Source: an uncultured Oscillospiraceae bacterium
GTDB taxonomy: Bacteria; Bacillota; Clostridia; UMGS1883
Direction: 5' to 3'
Assembly (NCBI GenBank): GCA_964572985.1
Contig: CAZNIC010000005.1
Coordinates: 6,777-70,776, forward strand
DNA: 64,000 nt
This document shows positions 19,327 through 28,822 of the stretch, in pieces. Under the pieces are notes generated by a model. That model was not told the origin of the DNA and ran no database searches. It saw only the letters and a list, made by a program, of their open reading frames with translations. Each line of letters begins with the position of its first letter. Position 1 is the stretch's first letter. The translations under genes and the position numbers were made by a program.

Positions 19327-20016
19327 ATGTTAAGAAAAATAATTAAAATAGACGAATCAAAATGTAACGGTTGCGGTGCGTGTGCGGCAGCCTGTCACGA
19401 AGGTGCAATCGAAATGGTAAACGGCAAAGCAAAGTTGACTCGCGAGGATTATTGTGACGGTTTGGGCGACTGTTTGCCCGCATGTCCCACAGATGCTATC
19501 AGCTTTGAAGAAAGAGAAGCCCCCGCCTACAACGAAGCGGCGGTTAAGGCTGCGCAGGCAAAAAAAGCAGCAGCTCTTCCCTGCGGCTGTCCGGGCACGG
19601 CAAGCAAAGCAATCCAAAGAGAGACCGCATCTTCATCTTCGGCTCAGGTTATAAGCCAGCTCACTCAGTGGCCCGTACAGATAAAGCTTGTGCCCATTAA
19701 TGCTCCCTATTTTGAAGGTGCAAATCTTTTAGTTGCTGCAGACTGCACGGCTTTTGCCTACGGTAATTTTCACAATGAGTTTATTCGCAAACACATAACA
19801 CTCGTAGGTTGCCCCAAGCTTGATGACGTTGACTACTTCGAAAAGCTTACGGCAATCATTAAAAACAACAACATAAAAAGCGTTACCGTTGCACGTATGG
19901 AGGTGCCCTGTTGTGGCGGTATTGAAAACGCTGTAAAACGCGCACTTATGGAAAGCGGCAAGTTTATTCCGTGGCGAGTTGTGACAATCTCTACCGACGG
20001 CAGAATATTAGACTAA
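19327..20016 (+). CDS. 4Fe-4S dicluster ferredoxin-domain protein
   Basis: CNGCGACAAAC and CDGLGDCLPACP cluster motifs. RBS GGAGG upstream. Confidence 0.85.
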   Translation: MLRKIIKIDESKCNGCGACAAACHEGAIEMVNGKAKLTREDYCDGLGDCLPACPTDAISFEEREAPAYNEAAVKAAQAKKAAALPCGCPGTASKAIQRETASSSSAQVISQLTQWPVQIKLVPINAPYFEGANLLVAADCTAFAYGNFHNEFIRKHITLVGCPKLDDVDYFEKLTAIIKNNNIKSVTVARMEVPCCGGIENAVKRALMESGKFIPWRVVTISTDGRILD

Positions 20017-20021
20017 ACAGC

Positions 20022-20050
20022 AAAAAACCGATGCTTTGCATCGGTTTTAT
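20022..20050 (+). terminator. Terminator after the ferredoxin-domain gene
   Basis: AAAAACCGATGC-ttt-GCATCGGTTTT. Confidence 0.75.
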
Positions 20051-20128
20051 TATTTGCAAGGTACCCGTTTGCGGTGCCCGAAGCTCCAAACCGCACTATA
20101 TCTAGCTTTTCTAGCCCTCAACCCCCAA

Positions 20129-20151
20129 ATTGTTCCGCATATTGTTCCGCA
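20129..20151 (+). repeat. Tandem ATTGTTCCGCA iteron pair (left cluster)
   Basis: ATTGTTCCGCA-t-ATTGTTCCGCA. The same GTTCCGCA(AA) motif recurs at 20926-20964. Confidence 0.8.
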
Positions 20152-20521
20152 AATTTAGGGAAAAAATTTTAACAAAAAATTATTAACAAAAATTAAAAAA
20201 ATAAGGGAGCTTTAAGCCCCCTTATCATATATATAATAATTTTAAGGGTTATTAACCTCAATCTGGCTAATAACCCTCATTTTATTCTGTCTTAGTTCCT
20301 ACTGCGCTAGCTGTCTTTTCCAGACTACTACCAAAGTAAAAAGCTATTATAATGTAAAAAATGTCCTAGAAGCTATCTGCGCTTACCGCACCAGTAGCAG
20401 CTAAAAACGCAAACACCCCTGTCAAGGATAATGTAGTTGTTTCTTTATTGTCTAACCCCTAGTAAAAAAGACATATAAAAAGAACACTAGAATCTAATCT
20501 AGTGTTCTTTTAGTTTATCTA

Positions 20522-20701
20522 TTATTCACAACCGTGCTTTCCACATTGTAAGCACATCTTAAAAAGCGCGTCCCTATCTTTTTCTTTTACTAAATTTTCA
20601 TCCTTAAAGTTTCTGTTGGCTATCATAAACATATCATAACACTCAAACTCGTGCACAAGCCTTTTATAATAAGGGCACATATAATATTCATTATATTCCA
20701 T
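20522..20701 (-). CDS. Small Cys-rich hypothetical protein. It is 59 aa, below the ORF-track cutoff.
   Basis: My translation: MEYNEYYMCPYYKRLVHEFECYDMFMIANRNFKDENLVKEKDRDALFKMCLQCGKHGCE*. An AAGGAG RBS lies 8 nt upstream. A hairpin terminator GAACACTAGA/TCTAGTGTTC (20483-20507) lies downstream. Confidence 0.5.
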   Translation of the reverse strand: MEYNEYYMCPYYKRLVHEFECYDMFMIANRNFKDENLVKEKDRDALFKMCLQCGKHGCE

Positions 20702-20705
20702 TGTT

Positions 20706-20909
20706 CTATAGCTCCTTTAATATTTCTTTTATTGCTTCATCAAAATCATCTTTTGAATATGCTGTAACTAACAGCCCTTCTTCTGTTAATACAGACAACC
20801 CTTCTCGTGATAAATAAGCAATTTTTCCATTACTCTATTTAAAACAAATTATAGCATTATCAACATAACTTTGAGCTTCTTTTTCCGTTAAATTTCTTTT
20901 GTTCCACAT
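20706..20909 (-). pseudogene. Small ORF interrupted by an in-frame TAG
   Basis: My translation: MWNKRNLTEKEAQSYVDNAIICFK*SNGKIAYLSREGLSVLTEEGLLVTAYSKDDFDEAIKEILKEL*. The internal TAG is at 20835-20837. Confidence 0.45.
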
Positions 20910-20925
20910 CTTATACCACAACTAT

Positions 20926-20964
20926 ACCGCAAAGGTTCCGCAAAGTCAATACTGTTCCGCAAAA
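20926..20964 (+). repeat. GTTCCGCAAA iteron cluster (right; three copies)
   Basis: ACCGCAAAG, GTTCCGCAAAG and TGTTCCGCAAAA, in the same orientation as the left cluster. Confidence 0.75.
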
Positions 20965-21033
20965 TTAAAAAACTAGAAAACCCTTTATTTCTGGGCTTTC
21001 TAGCTTTCTTTTTTCTGGATTTTTGATAGGTTA

Positions 21034-22020
21034 TTACTCCCACTCAATCGTACCAATGGGCTTGGGAGTGAGGTCAAGAAGAACACGGTTGATGCCGTCT
21101 ACTTCGTGTGTAATTCTGTCTGTGATATGGTGAAGAATACTATAGGGGATTTCTTCGATTGTTGCTGTCATAGCGTCTGTTGTATTGACAGCACGGATGA
21201 TTGCGGGCCAGCCTTCATAGCGCTTAGAATCTTTAACGCCTACGCTCTTGATGTCGGGCACAGCAATAAAGTACTGCCATACCTTGCCTGCAAGACCGTT
21301 CTTGTCGAATTCTTCACGAAGGATTGCATCAGCTTCGCGGAGAGCGTGAAGACGGTCACGTGTGATTGCGCCTAAGCATCTTACGCCAAGACCGGGGCCG
21401 GGGAAGGGCTGACGGTAAACCATTTCATCGGGAAGACCAAGTGCACTGCCTACGATTCTTACTTCGTCCTTAAAGAGGAGCTTTACGGGCTCAACGAGTT
21501 CAAGGTCCATTTCTTCGGGAAGACCGCCAACGTTATGGTGCGCCTTAACACCGTCAGATTCCAATATATCGGGATAAATTGTACCCTGTGCAAGGAACTT
21601 GATATCTGTCATTTTAAGGGCTTCTTCGTTGAACACTTCGATAAATTCGCCGCCGATAATCTTTCTCTTTGTTTCGGGGTCTGCTACATCCTTGAGTTTA
21701 TCGAGGAAACGGTCAGTTGCATCGATATAAATAAGGTTTGCGTCGAGCTGATTTTTGAAAACTTCTATAACGTTTTCGCTTTCGCCCTTACGCATAAGTC
21801 CGTGGTTAACATGCACGCAAACAAGCTGTTTACCGATAGCCTTGATTAAAAGTGCCGCTACTACGGAAGAGTCAACACCGCCGCTGAGTGCAAGAAGCAC
21901 CTTCTTGTCGCCTACCTGCTTTCGTGTGAACTCAACAAGCTCATCAATATAAGCTTCAGCCTGAGCTTTTGTTGTGATTCTTTCCATTGATTCGGGTCTT
22001 ACATTCGAATTCCAATCCAT
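21034..22020 (-). CDS. guaA: GMP synthase ATP-pyrophosphatase/dimerisation subunit (no glutamine amidotransferase domain)
   Basis: PP-loop LLALSGGVDSSV and the C-terminus ...KPIGTIEWE are typical of GuaA. The start at MDWNSN has an AGGAGG RBS. cysK ends only 48 nt upstream, leaving no room for a GATase domain. Confidence 0.85.
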   Translation of the reverse strand: MDWNSNVRPESMERITTKAQAEAYIDELVEFTRKQVGDKKVLLALSGGVDSSVVAALLIKAIGKQLVCVHVNHGLMRKGESENVIEVFKNQLDANLIYIDATDRFLDKLKDVADPETKRKIIGGEFIEVFNEEALKMTDIKFLAQGTIYPDILESDGVKAHHNVGGLPEEMDLELVEPVKLLFKDEVRIVGSALGLPDEMVYRQPFPGPGLGVRCLGAITRDRLHALREADAILREEFDKNGLAGKVWQYFIAVPDIKSVGVKDSKRYEGWPAIIRAVNTTDAMTATIEEIPYSILHHITDRITHEVDGINRVLLDLTPKPIGTIEWE

Positions 22021-22068
22021 AAATCGTTTCCTCCTAATCGGTTTTATTAAATACACTCAAAAAGGGTG

Positions 22069-22995
22069 TTATTCAAACAAAGGTGTTGAGAAATATCTCT
22101 CTGCGGTATCTGGAAGCACAGTTACGACTGTTTTGCCCTTGCCTAATTTTTTCGCCATTTTTATTGCTGCGGCAACGTTTGTGCCACTTGAAATGCCGCA
22201 CATAATGCCTTCACGGCTTGCAAGTTCTTTTGCTGTACGGATAGCCTCGTCGTCATTTATAATACAAATGTCGTTGTAGATTTCGGTATTCAAAATATCG
22301 GGGATAAGACCGTCACCGATACCCATTTGGATATGTGTACCGATAGAGCCGCCCGAGAGTATTGCTGCGTGCTCAGGTTCAACCGCCCATATCTCCATAT
22401 CGGGGTTTTCTTTTTTAAGTGCTTCGCCTATACCGGTGATTGTACCGCCCGTACCTATACCCGAGCAAAATCCGTGAATAGGCTTGCCTACCTGATGAAG
22501 GATTTCCTGTGCGGTTACATTACGCTGGATTTCGGGGTTTGCAGGGTTTTCAAACTGCTGAGGCACAAAAACGTTGGGGTTTTCCCTTTGCATTTTAAGT
22601 GCTGTTTGCAAACATTCGTCGATACAAGCACCGATGTTGCCCGCATCATGAATAAGAATTACCTCTGCACCGTAATGCTCTACCAGCTTGCGTCTTTCTT
22701 CACTCACGGAATCGGGCATAATGATAACGGTTTTGTAGCCACGCACCGCACCGACAAGTGCAAGACCAATGCCCTGATTGCCGCTTGTTGGTTCAACAAT
22801 TATTGTGCCAGGGGTGATTTTGCCTTCATCTTCGGCTTTTTTTATCATATTAAAGGCGGTACGTGTTTTGATTGAGCCGCCTACATTCAAGCCTTCAAAC
22901 TTGACAAGGATTTCGGCGCTGTCGTTATCCGCCAGTCTGTTAAGTCTTATGATGGGAGTATTGCCCATTGCTTCTAAAATATTATTACAAATCAT
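22069..22995 (-). CDS. cysK: Cysteine synthase A (O-acetylserine sulfhydrylase)
   Basis: 308 aa. It has a PLP-lysine context NVGGSIKTR, plus TSGNQG and GIGTGGT motifs. Confidence 0.93.
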   Translation of the reverse strand: MICNNILEAMGNTPIIRLNRLADNDSAEILVKFEGLNVGGSIKTRTAFNMIKKAEDEGKITPGTIIVEPTSGNQGIGLALVGAVRGYKTVIIMPDSVSEERRKLVEHYGAEVILIHDAGNIGACIDECLQTALKMQRENPNVFVPQQFENPANPEIQRNVTAQEILHQVGKPIHGFCSGIGTGGTITGIGEALKKENPDMEIWAVEPEHAAILSGGSIGTHIQMGIGDGLIPDILNTEIYNDICIINDDEAIRTAKELASREGIMCGISSGTNVAAAIKMAKKLGKGKTVVTVLPDTAERYFSTPLFE

Positions 22996-23168
22996 ACTAT
23001 ACCTCCGGGAACATTCTTATACATAATATTCAAAAAACGCCCCCATTGTCTTTATTTAGAAAATTATAGCACAGTTTATTTTTATTTTCAATATTTTTTA
23101 TTTAGTTTCCCGGTTACAAATTCAACAAAAAAACTGCAGCAAAAAAAGTATTTTTACTGCAGTTTATA

Positions 23169-23582
23169 TTACTTTTGTTTTTTTCTTCCGGGACGCTTTT
23201 TCATCATACGGTCTGTGAGTGCAAACAAACAGTCCCATATTACAAACACACCCAAGGATACAAAGCTTGCCGCAGCACCTACGATAATAAGGCTTGTGCC
23301 CATAAGCAAAGGATAAAGGATAATACGCACAACGCCGATGCCACCTATGTATCCGAGGCAGTGATACAGATAATCATACACCTTGCCTTCGTGCAAAATA
23401 GCGTGTGCAATGGATACAACCGCATAGAACATGGGTCCCACAACAACACCTGCAAAATCCAAAACAAGTGCAAAAACAATATTGAGCTCAACATCTTTTG
23501 TGAAACGGAAATAAATCATTGCAATAAATACTGCCGCATGATAAATCGCCGGTATAATCAAAGATTTTTTTAGTTTATCCAT
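23169..23582 (-). CDS. Small integral membrane protein
   Basis: Four predicted TM helices. Start moved to MDKLKK (GAGGTGG RBS). Confidence 0.6.
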   Translation of the reverse strand: MDKLKKSLIIPAIYHAAVFIAMIYFRFTKDVELNIVFALVLDFAGVVVGPMFYAVVSIAHAILHEGKVYDYLYHCLGYIGGIGVVRIILYPLLMGTSLIIVGAAASFVSLGVFVIWDCLFALTDRMMKKRPGRKKQK

Positions 23583-23651
23583 AATCCACCTCAACAAAAA
23601 AGATTGCAGATTTCTCTGCAATCTTGATTATATAATTTAACCGGACTTTTG

Positions 23652-24872
23652 TCAACCTGCAATGTAATCCATGGGGTCGACAAAGACATCGTTGAGAAGC
23701 ACCTCGAAATGAAGATGCGAACCTGTTACTCTGCCTGTTTTGCCTACCGTACCGATTTTGTCACCTACAGAAACCGTCTGACCTTCAACAACGTTGATAG
23801 AATTCATATGCGCGTATGTTGTTGTATAGCCATTGCCGTGATCAATTGTTACATAGTTGCCGTAACCTGATCTTACGCCTGCAAAAGTTACCTTTCCGTA
23901 GCTGGGAGCATATATATTTGTGCCTGTTTTTGCAGCCAAGTCAATGCCGTTATGATTTCTTCCCCATCTGCGGCCGAATTCTGAAGAGAATGTACCGCTG
24001 GTAGGCCAGGGAAGCGAATTTTCGGTAAGACCAACCATTGTACCTGTACCTATATGTACAACACGGTCTTGGGGGGCTTCCACCACGAGAACCGACGGTG
24101 CAACGTCGTGTTTCTTTTCGCCGTTTTCATAGAAAACAACACTTGTTTCAATGCCCTTACCGTTTGAACCCTCCTGTTTAACAACTGTTAAGCCCACAGA
24201 GATAGTGGGGTCTTCAACAACTGTTTCTTTACAAGGGATTGCCACGTCACGCTTTGTTTCGTCCTTATAAACCACACGGATAGTGCCTGTTTCACCTATC
24301 ACCTTTACTGCATCTTCAACGGATAATATACTTGTGATAATATCAGTAGAAGGCACAATGGAGTAACCTGTAAAAATTTCAGCATCTGCACGGTTGAAGC
24401 TTTCACGGAAAAGTCTTAACGCTTCCTCTGCTTCTTCATATGTGCTAAGCTTTACAACCGAACCTTTTTCTGTTTCAATGCTGTAACAACCAACTTCGCC
24501 CTCAGCCGCTACTACAATACTTCTGTAAATGTCGTTTGCATTCATTTGGTTAACGGGTGCAATCGTCATAACAAACTCCAAATCATAATAGAAGCTGTTG
24601 CCGTTAAGCTTTGCTACATCTGTCTGTGCCGCATTATATGCCTTTATCGCCTCGTCCTTATTACCTATTACGCCAACATTAACATCGCCGTAATAAACAT
24701 CGTAACCCAACGTGTAGTATTTTGTAATAATTCCGAAACTTGTCAAAAGCATTACTATAGAAACTACTGCCGAAAGCAGTTTTGTATCAATATTCTTAAT
24801 TATGCCGAAACACTCTTTGGTGGCAGTTTTTACGGACATTATTCTTTTGTAAAAATCCGATTTCTGCATCAA
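23652..24872 (-). CDS. M23 family peptidoglycan DD-metalloendopeptidase
   Basis: C-terminal LytM domain with HNGIDLAA...GSHLHFEV, and an N-terminal TM anchor. A consensus-like promoter lies at 24906-24933 on the minus strand (TTTACA-16-TGtgTATAAT). Confidence 0.88.
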   Translation of the reverse strand: MMQKSDFYKRIMSVKTATKECFGIIKNIDTKLLSAVVSIVMLLTSFGIITKYYTLGYDVYYGDVNVGVIGNKDEAIKAYNAAQTDVAKLNGNSFYYDLEFVMTIAPVNQMNANDIYRSIVVAAEGEVGCYSIETEKGSVVKLSTYEEAEEALRLFRESFNRADAEIFTGYSIVPSTDIITSILSVEDAVKVIGETGTIRVVYKDETKRDVAIPCKETVVEDPTISVGLTVVKQEGSNGKGIETSVVFYENGEKKHDVAPSVLVVEAPQDRVVHIGTGTMVGLTENSLPWPTSGTFSSEFGRRWGRNHNGIDLAAKTGTNIYAPSYGKVTFAGVRSGYGNYVTIDHGNGYTTTYAHMNSINVVEGQTVSVGDKIGTVGKTGRVTGSHLHFEVLLNDVFVDPMDYIAG

Positions 24873-25014
24873 ATTAACACCTCACAATTTTTCTACACGT
24901 TTACTATTATACACAAAATTTCCCTTTTGTAAACCCTTTTTGTAAAACTTTTTTAACAATTGCGTAATTTTTTAAAATTTATTCACAAAACACGGGCATA
25001 ATTTGGCGCTAAAC

Positions 25015-25043
25015 TTGACCCAAAACACAATTTGTGATACAAT
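25015..25043 (+). promoter_or_regulatory. Promoter of the parC-like gene
   Basis: TTGACC (25015-25020), 17-nt spacer, TGaTACAAT (-10 at 25038-25043). Confidence 0.6.
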
Positions 25044-25115
25044 ACAAAGGATTAAGACGATGCCCACATCGCCTTACAAAACCATTTTTGTGGGCAGAAA
25101 GGCGTGCATTTTCAA

Positions 25116-27296
25116 ATGGAATATGAAGTAAACAAACAACATATTACAAAAACACTTGAAGAAAACTATATGCCCTATGCTATGAGTGTTATTGTTTCCC
25201 GTGCAATTCCTGAAATTGACGGTTTTAAACCCTCCCACAGAAAGCTTTTGTACACGATGTACTCAATGGGTCTGCTCAAAAACGGAAGGACGAAAAGTGC
25301 CAACGTTGTAGGTCAGACAATGCGATTAAATCCCCACGGCGATATGGCGATTTATGAAACCATGGTGCGTCTTACCGAGGGTCATGAGGCACTGCTCCAT
25401 CCCTTTGTTGACTCAAAGGGTAACTTTGGCAAGCAGTACAGCCGTGATATGGCGTTTGCGGCTTCCCGTTATACCGAGGTTAAGCTTTCACCCATTGCGG
25501 CTGAAGTTTTCCGCGATATTGACAAAAACACCGTTGAATTTGTTGACAACTATGATTCCACCATGAAAGAGCCTGCACTTTTACCCTCGGCTTTTCCCAA
25601 TATTCTCGTAAACCCCAACCAGGGCATTGCGGTGGGCATGGCATCAAACATTGCGTCCTTCAATCTTAGGGAGGTTTGTCTTGCGGCAAAGGCTCTCATG
25701 AAGGATGACAAGGCTGTTATATCCGATTATATTACGGGGCCTGATTTTTCGACAGGCGGTTTTCTTATCCGTGACGACGAGGCATTCAATCAGATTTATG
25801 AAACAGGACGCGGTAGTGTAAAGCTTCGTGCAAAGTATCAGTACGACAAGAAGAACAACCTTATTGAAATAACCGAAATCCCCTACACAACCTCAACAGA
25901 GGCGATTATTGACAAATTAGCCGAGCTTATAAAGGCAGGCAAGCTTCGTGAAATTAACGACGTGCGTGACGAAACCGACAAGTCGGGTTTGAAGCTCACA
26001 ATTGAATTAAAGCGTTCAACCGACCCGGAAAAACTCATGGTAAAGCTTTTCAAGATGACACCTTTGGAGGAATCCTTCAGCTGTAACTTCAACGTGCTCA
26101 TAAACGGCGAGCCTATGGTTTTGGGCGTGAGAGGTATTCTCCGTAACTGGATTAACTTCCGCATTGATTGTACCAAACGCCGTCTTATCTTTGATGCAGA
26201 GAAAAAAGAAGCTAGACTTCACCTTTTGCTGGGCTTGGAAAAAATACTTTTGGACATTGACAAGGCAATTTATATTGTACGTAACACGGAAGAAGATTCC
26301 CAGGTTGTTCCCAACCTTATGGAAGGCTTCGGCATCGACAAAATTCAGGCAGAATACGTGGCTGAAATCAAGCTCCGTAATCTTAACCGCGACTATATTA
26401 TAAAGCGTATCGACGAGATTGAAAATCTCACAAAAGAAGTCAAGGACCTTCGCGAAGCAAGCGAAAGTACACGTCGCATCAAAAAGATTATTTCCGACGA
26501 GCTTACGGAAATCGCCGACAAGTTTGGTCGCGACCGCAAAACTGTCCTGATTGACTTTGTTGATTCACCTGAGGAGGATTACACGCCCGAAATTCCCGAC
26601 TATAATGTCAAGGTGTTTATGACAAAGGAAAACTACTTCAAAAAGATTACGCTTGTGTCACTGCGTGCAGGCGGCGAACACAAATTTAAAGAAGGCGACA
26701 GCATGATGCTAGAGTTTGACGCTTCCAATAAAATGGAAATGCTGTTCTTCTCGGATATGCAGAATGTATACAAAATGCGTCTTAACGATATTAAAGACAC
26801 TAAAGCCAGTGCCATGGGTGATTATCTTCCCAACCTTCTCAACATGGAAAAGGACGAAAAGATAGTTTATTGCACCCCTGCAAGCGATTATACAGGCTTT
26901 ATGCTCTTTGCGTTTACAAACGGCAAGGTTGCCAAGATTGACATGCAAGGCTACGCCACAAAGACAAACCGAAAGAGACTTACGGGAGGTTATTCTGACA
27001 AAGCTCCCCTTGCAGGCGCATTATATATAAAAGAAGACACCTATGTTGCCGCATTTTCCAACAACGGCAAATGTGTTGTATTTGATACAAAGGATGTGCT
27101 CACAAAGACGAGCCGTACAAGTCAGGGTGTGCAGGTAATGACCCTTAGGAAAAAAGCCTCACTTGAATCTATAGGCATTGCAACCGATGTTCTCACCGAC
27201 CCGTCAGGCTACAAGGCACGTTCGCTCCCCTCTGCGGGATATTTCTTAAAGGATGAAGACTCGGGCAAAAAACAACTGACTTTATTTAGCGAATAA
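25116..27296 (+). CDS. parC: Type IIA topoisomerase subunit A (topoisomerase IV ParC-like)
   Basis: YMPYAMSVIVSRAIPEIDGFKPSHRKLLY and an active-site Tyr context AASRYTE. I see no GyrA-box (QRRGGKG) in the C-terminal domain. The start is ambiguous (25104 GTG or 25116 ATG). Confidence 0.75.
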   Translation: MEYEVNKQHITKTLEENYMPYAMSVIVSRAIPEIDGFKPSHRKLLYTMYSMGLLKNGRTKSANVVGQTMRLNPHGDMAIYETMVRLTEGHEALLHPFVDSKGNFGKQYSRDMAFAASRYTEVKLSPIAAEVFRDIDKNTVEFVDNYDSTMKEPALLPSAFPNILVNPNQGIAVGMASNIASFNLREVCLAAKALMKDDKAVISDYITGPDFSTGGFLIRDDEAFNQIYETGRGSVKLRAKYQYDKKNNLIEITEIPYTTSTEAIIDKLAELIKAGKLREINDVRDETDKSGLKLTIELKRSTDPEKLMVKLFKMTPLEESFSCNFNVLINGEPMVLGVRGILRNWINFRIDCTKRRLIFDAEKKEARLHLLLGLEKILLDIDKAIYIVRNTEEDSQVVPNLMEGFGIDKIQAEYVAEIKLRNLNRDYIIKRIDEIENLTKEVKDLREASESTRRIKKIISDELTEIADKFGRDRKTVLIDFVDSPEEDYTPEIPDYNVKVFMTKENYFKKITLVSLRAGGEHKFKEGDSMMLEFDASNKMEMLFFSDMQNVYKMRLNDIKDTKASAMGDYLPNLLNMEKDEKIVYCTPASDYTGFMLFAFTNGKVAKIDMQGYATKTNRKRLTGGYSDKAPLAGALYIKEDTYVAAFSNNGKCVVFDTKDVLTKTSRTSQGVQVMTLRKKASLESIGIATDVLTDPSGYKARSLPSAGYFLKDEDSGKKQLTLFSE

Positions 27297-27345
27297 ACAC
27301 GTAGGGGCGACCATTGGTCGCCCGTTCTTATACAAGGAGGTTTTT

Positions 27346-28368
27346 ATGTTATATTTCAAAAATGACTATTCAGAAGGTGCTCATCCCAAGGTCTTGGAGC
27401 ATCTTATCAAAACAAACCTTGAAAAGCTGGACGGCTACGGCGAGGACACATATTCCGCATCGGCAAAGGACAAAATCAGAAAAGCAGCAAACTGCCCCAA
27501 TGCAGAGATTTACTTTATCTCGGGCGGTACACAAACCAATCAGGTGGTTATTGCTACAATGCTTTCACGTTTCGAGGGCGTTGTGTGTGCAAAGACAGGT
27601 CACGTTGCATGCCACGAGGCGGGCGCCATTGAATACACAGGGCATAAGGTTATCACGCTTCCCGAATACGAGGGCAAAATCAAAACAGATGACCTTGTCA
27701 CACTTGTAGAAAACTTTTATGCCGACGACAGCCATGAGCATATGGTTTTCCCCGGCATGGTATACATATCTCACCCCACAGAATACGGCACGCTTTACAC
27801 AAAGGGCGAGCTTACAAGATTAAGTGAAGTGTGCAAAAAATATAACCTGCCGCTGTTTTTGGACGGCGCACGACTTGGCTACGCGTTGGCATCAGACACT
27901 GACGTTTCCCTTTCTGACATCGCGTCACTTTGCGATGTTTTCTACATAGGCGGCACAAAATGCGGCGCACTCTGCGGCGAAGCAGTTGTTTTCACAAAAA
28001 ACAATTGCCCCAAGCACTTTGTAAATCTTATAAAACAGCACGGTGCACTTATGGCAAAGGGCAGAATGTTGGGCGTGCAGTTTGATGCACTTTTTACAGA
28101 CAACCTTTACGTTGAGCTTTCAAAAAATGCTATAGAAACAGCACAAATGCTCAAGAACGTATTCCGCGAAAAGGGTTATCAGTTCTTTATTGATTCCCCC
28201 ACAAACCAAATTTTCATCGTCCTTGAAAACGAGCACAAAAAGAAAATTGAAGAAAACGTATGTATAACCTTTTGGGAAAAGTATGACGACAATCACTCTG
28301 TTGTCCGCTTTGCAACAAGCTGGGCGACAAGCAAAGAAGATGTACAAAAGTTAATAGAATTGCTTTAA
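27346..28368 (+). CDS. PLP-dependent threonine aldolase / beta-eliminating lyase family protein
   Basis: 340 aa. N-terminus FKNDYSEGAHPKVLEHL...GYGEDTYS and a PLP-Lys context GGTKCG. Confidence 0.8.
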   Translation: MLYFKNDYSEGAHPKVLEHLIKTNLEKLDGYGEDTYSASAKDKIRKAANCPNAEIYFISGGTQTNQVVIATMLSRFEGVVCAKTGHVACHEAGAIEYTGHKVITLPEYEGKIKTDDLVTLVENFYADDSHEHMVFPGMVYISHPTEYGTLYTKGELTRLSEVCKKYNLPLFLDGARLGYALASDTDVSLSDIASLCDVFYIGGTKCGALCGEAVVFTKNNCPKHFVNLIKQHGALMAKGRMLGVQFDALFTDNLYVELSKNAIETAQMLKNVFREKGYQFFIDSPTNQIFIVLENEHKKKIEENVCITFWEKYDDNHSVVRFATSWATSKEDVQKLIELL

Positions 28369-28370
28369 CT

Positions 28371-28412
28371 AAAAAAGGGAGTAAAAACAGTTAGTTTTTT
28401 ACTCCCTTTTTT
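28371..28412. terminator. Bidirectional terminator at the left edge of the TIR locus
   Basis: AAAAAAGGGAGTAAAAA-cagttag-TTTTTTACTCCCTTTTTT, lying between convergent genes. Confidence 0.8.
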
Positions 28413-28429
28413 AATAACAATTAAATCAG

Positions 28430-28810
28430 TTACTCTTCAATATGATTTTTTGCCCATACTGCTGCCGCTAATGCCGCAATACTAACGCATAACAAAAGTA
28501 TTTCTGCTGCACAAAACACTTTTAATGAAACAGGTAAAATAAGAAAGACTATAGTAATTAAAACGGTCAATATAAGATAAATCAAAGAAATAGTCGTAAA
28601 AAGTCCGTTTTGCATAACGTTTTCCGCCTTATCAAGTGCAGACAAACACAAAGATGAAAACAAAAGAGTATATGGTATAAATACAAATATTCCTGCAAAC
28701 AGCAGTTTCTCTGAGACATTTTCAACAAGAAGTGCTGCTACAACAATAACACCTATCATAATTACACAATATGAAATAAGAATAGGTAAAACTTTTTTTA
28801 AATCAAACAT
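28430..28810 (-). CDS. Small 4-TM membrane protein (last gene of the TIR/SPFH operon)
   Basis: 126 aa, almost entirely hydrophobic helices. It starts 12 nt after the stop of the SPFH gene. Confidence 0.65.
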   Translation of the reverse strand: MFDLKKVLPILISYCVIMIGVIVVAALLVENVSEKLLFAGIFVFIPYTLLFSSLCLSALDKAENVMQNGLFTTISLIYLILTVLITIVFLILPVSLKVFCAAEILLLCVSIAALAAAVWAKNHIEE

Positions 28811-28822
28811 TTTTATAACTCC

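Noticed and set aside
25116-27296. The ParC-like subunit A lacks an adjacent subunit B gene
   Set aside because: Unlinked parC and parE (or gyrA and gyrB) genes are common, so this is not evidence of anything unusual within one window.
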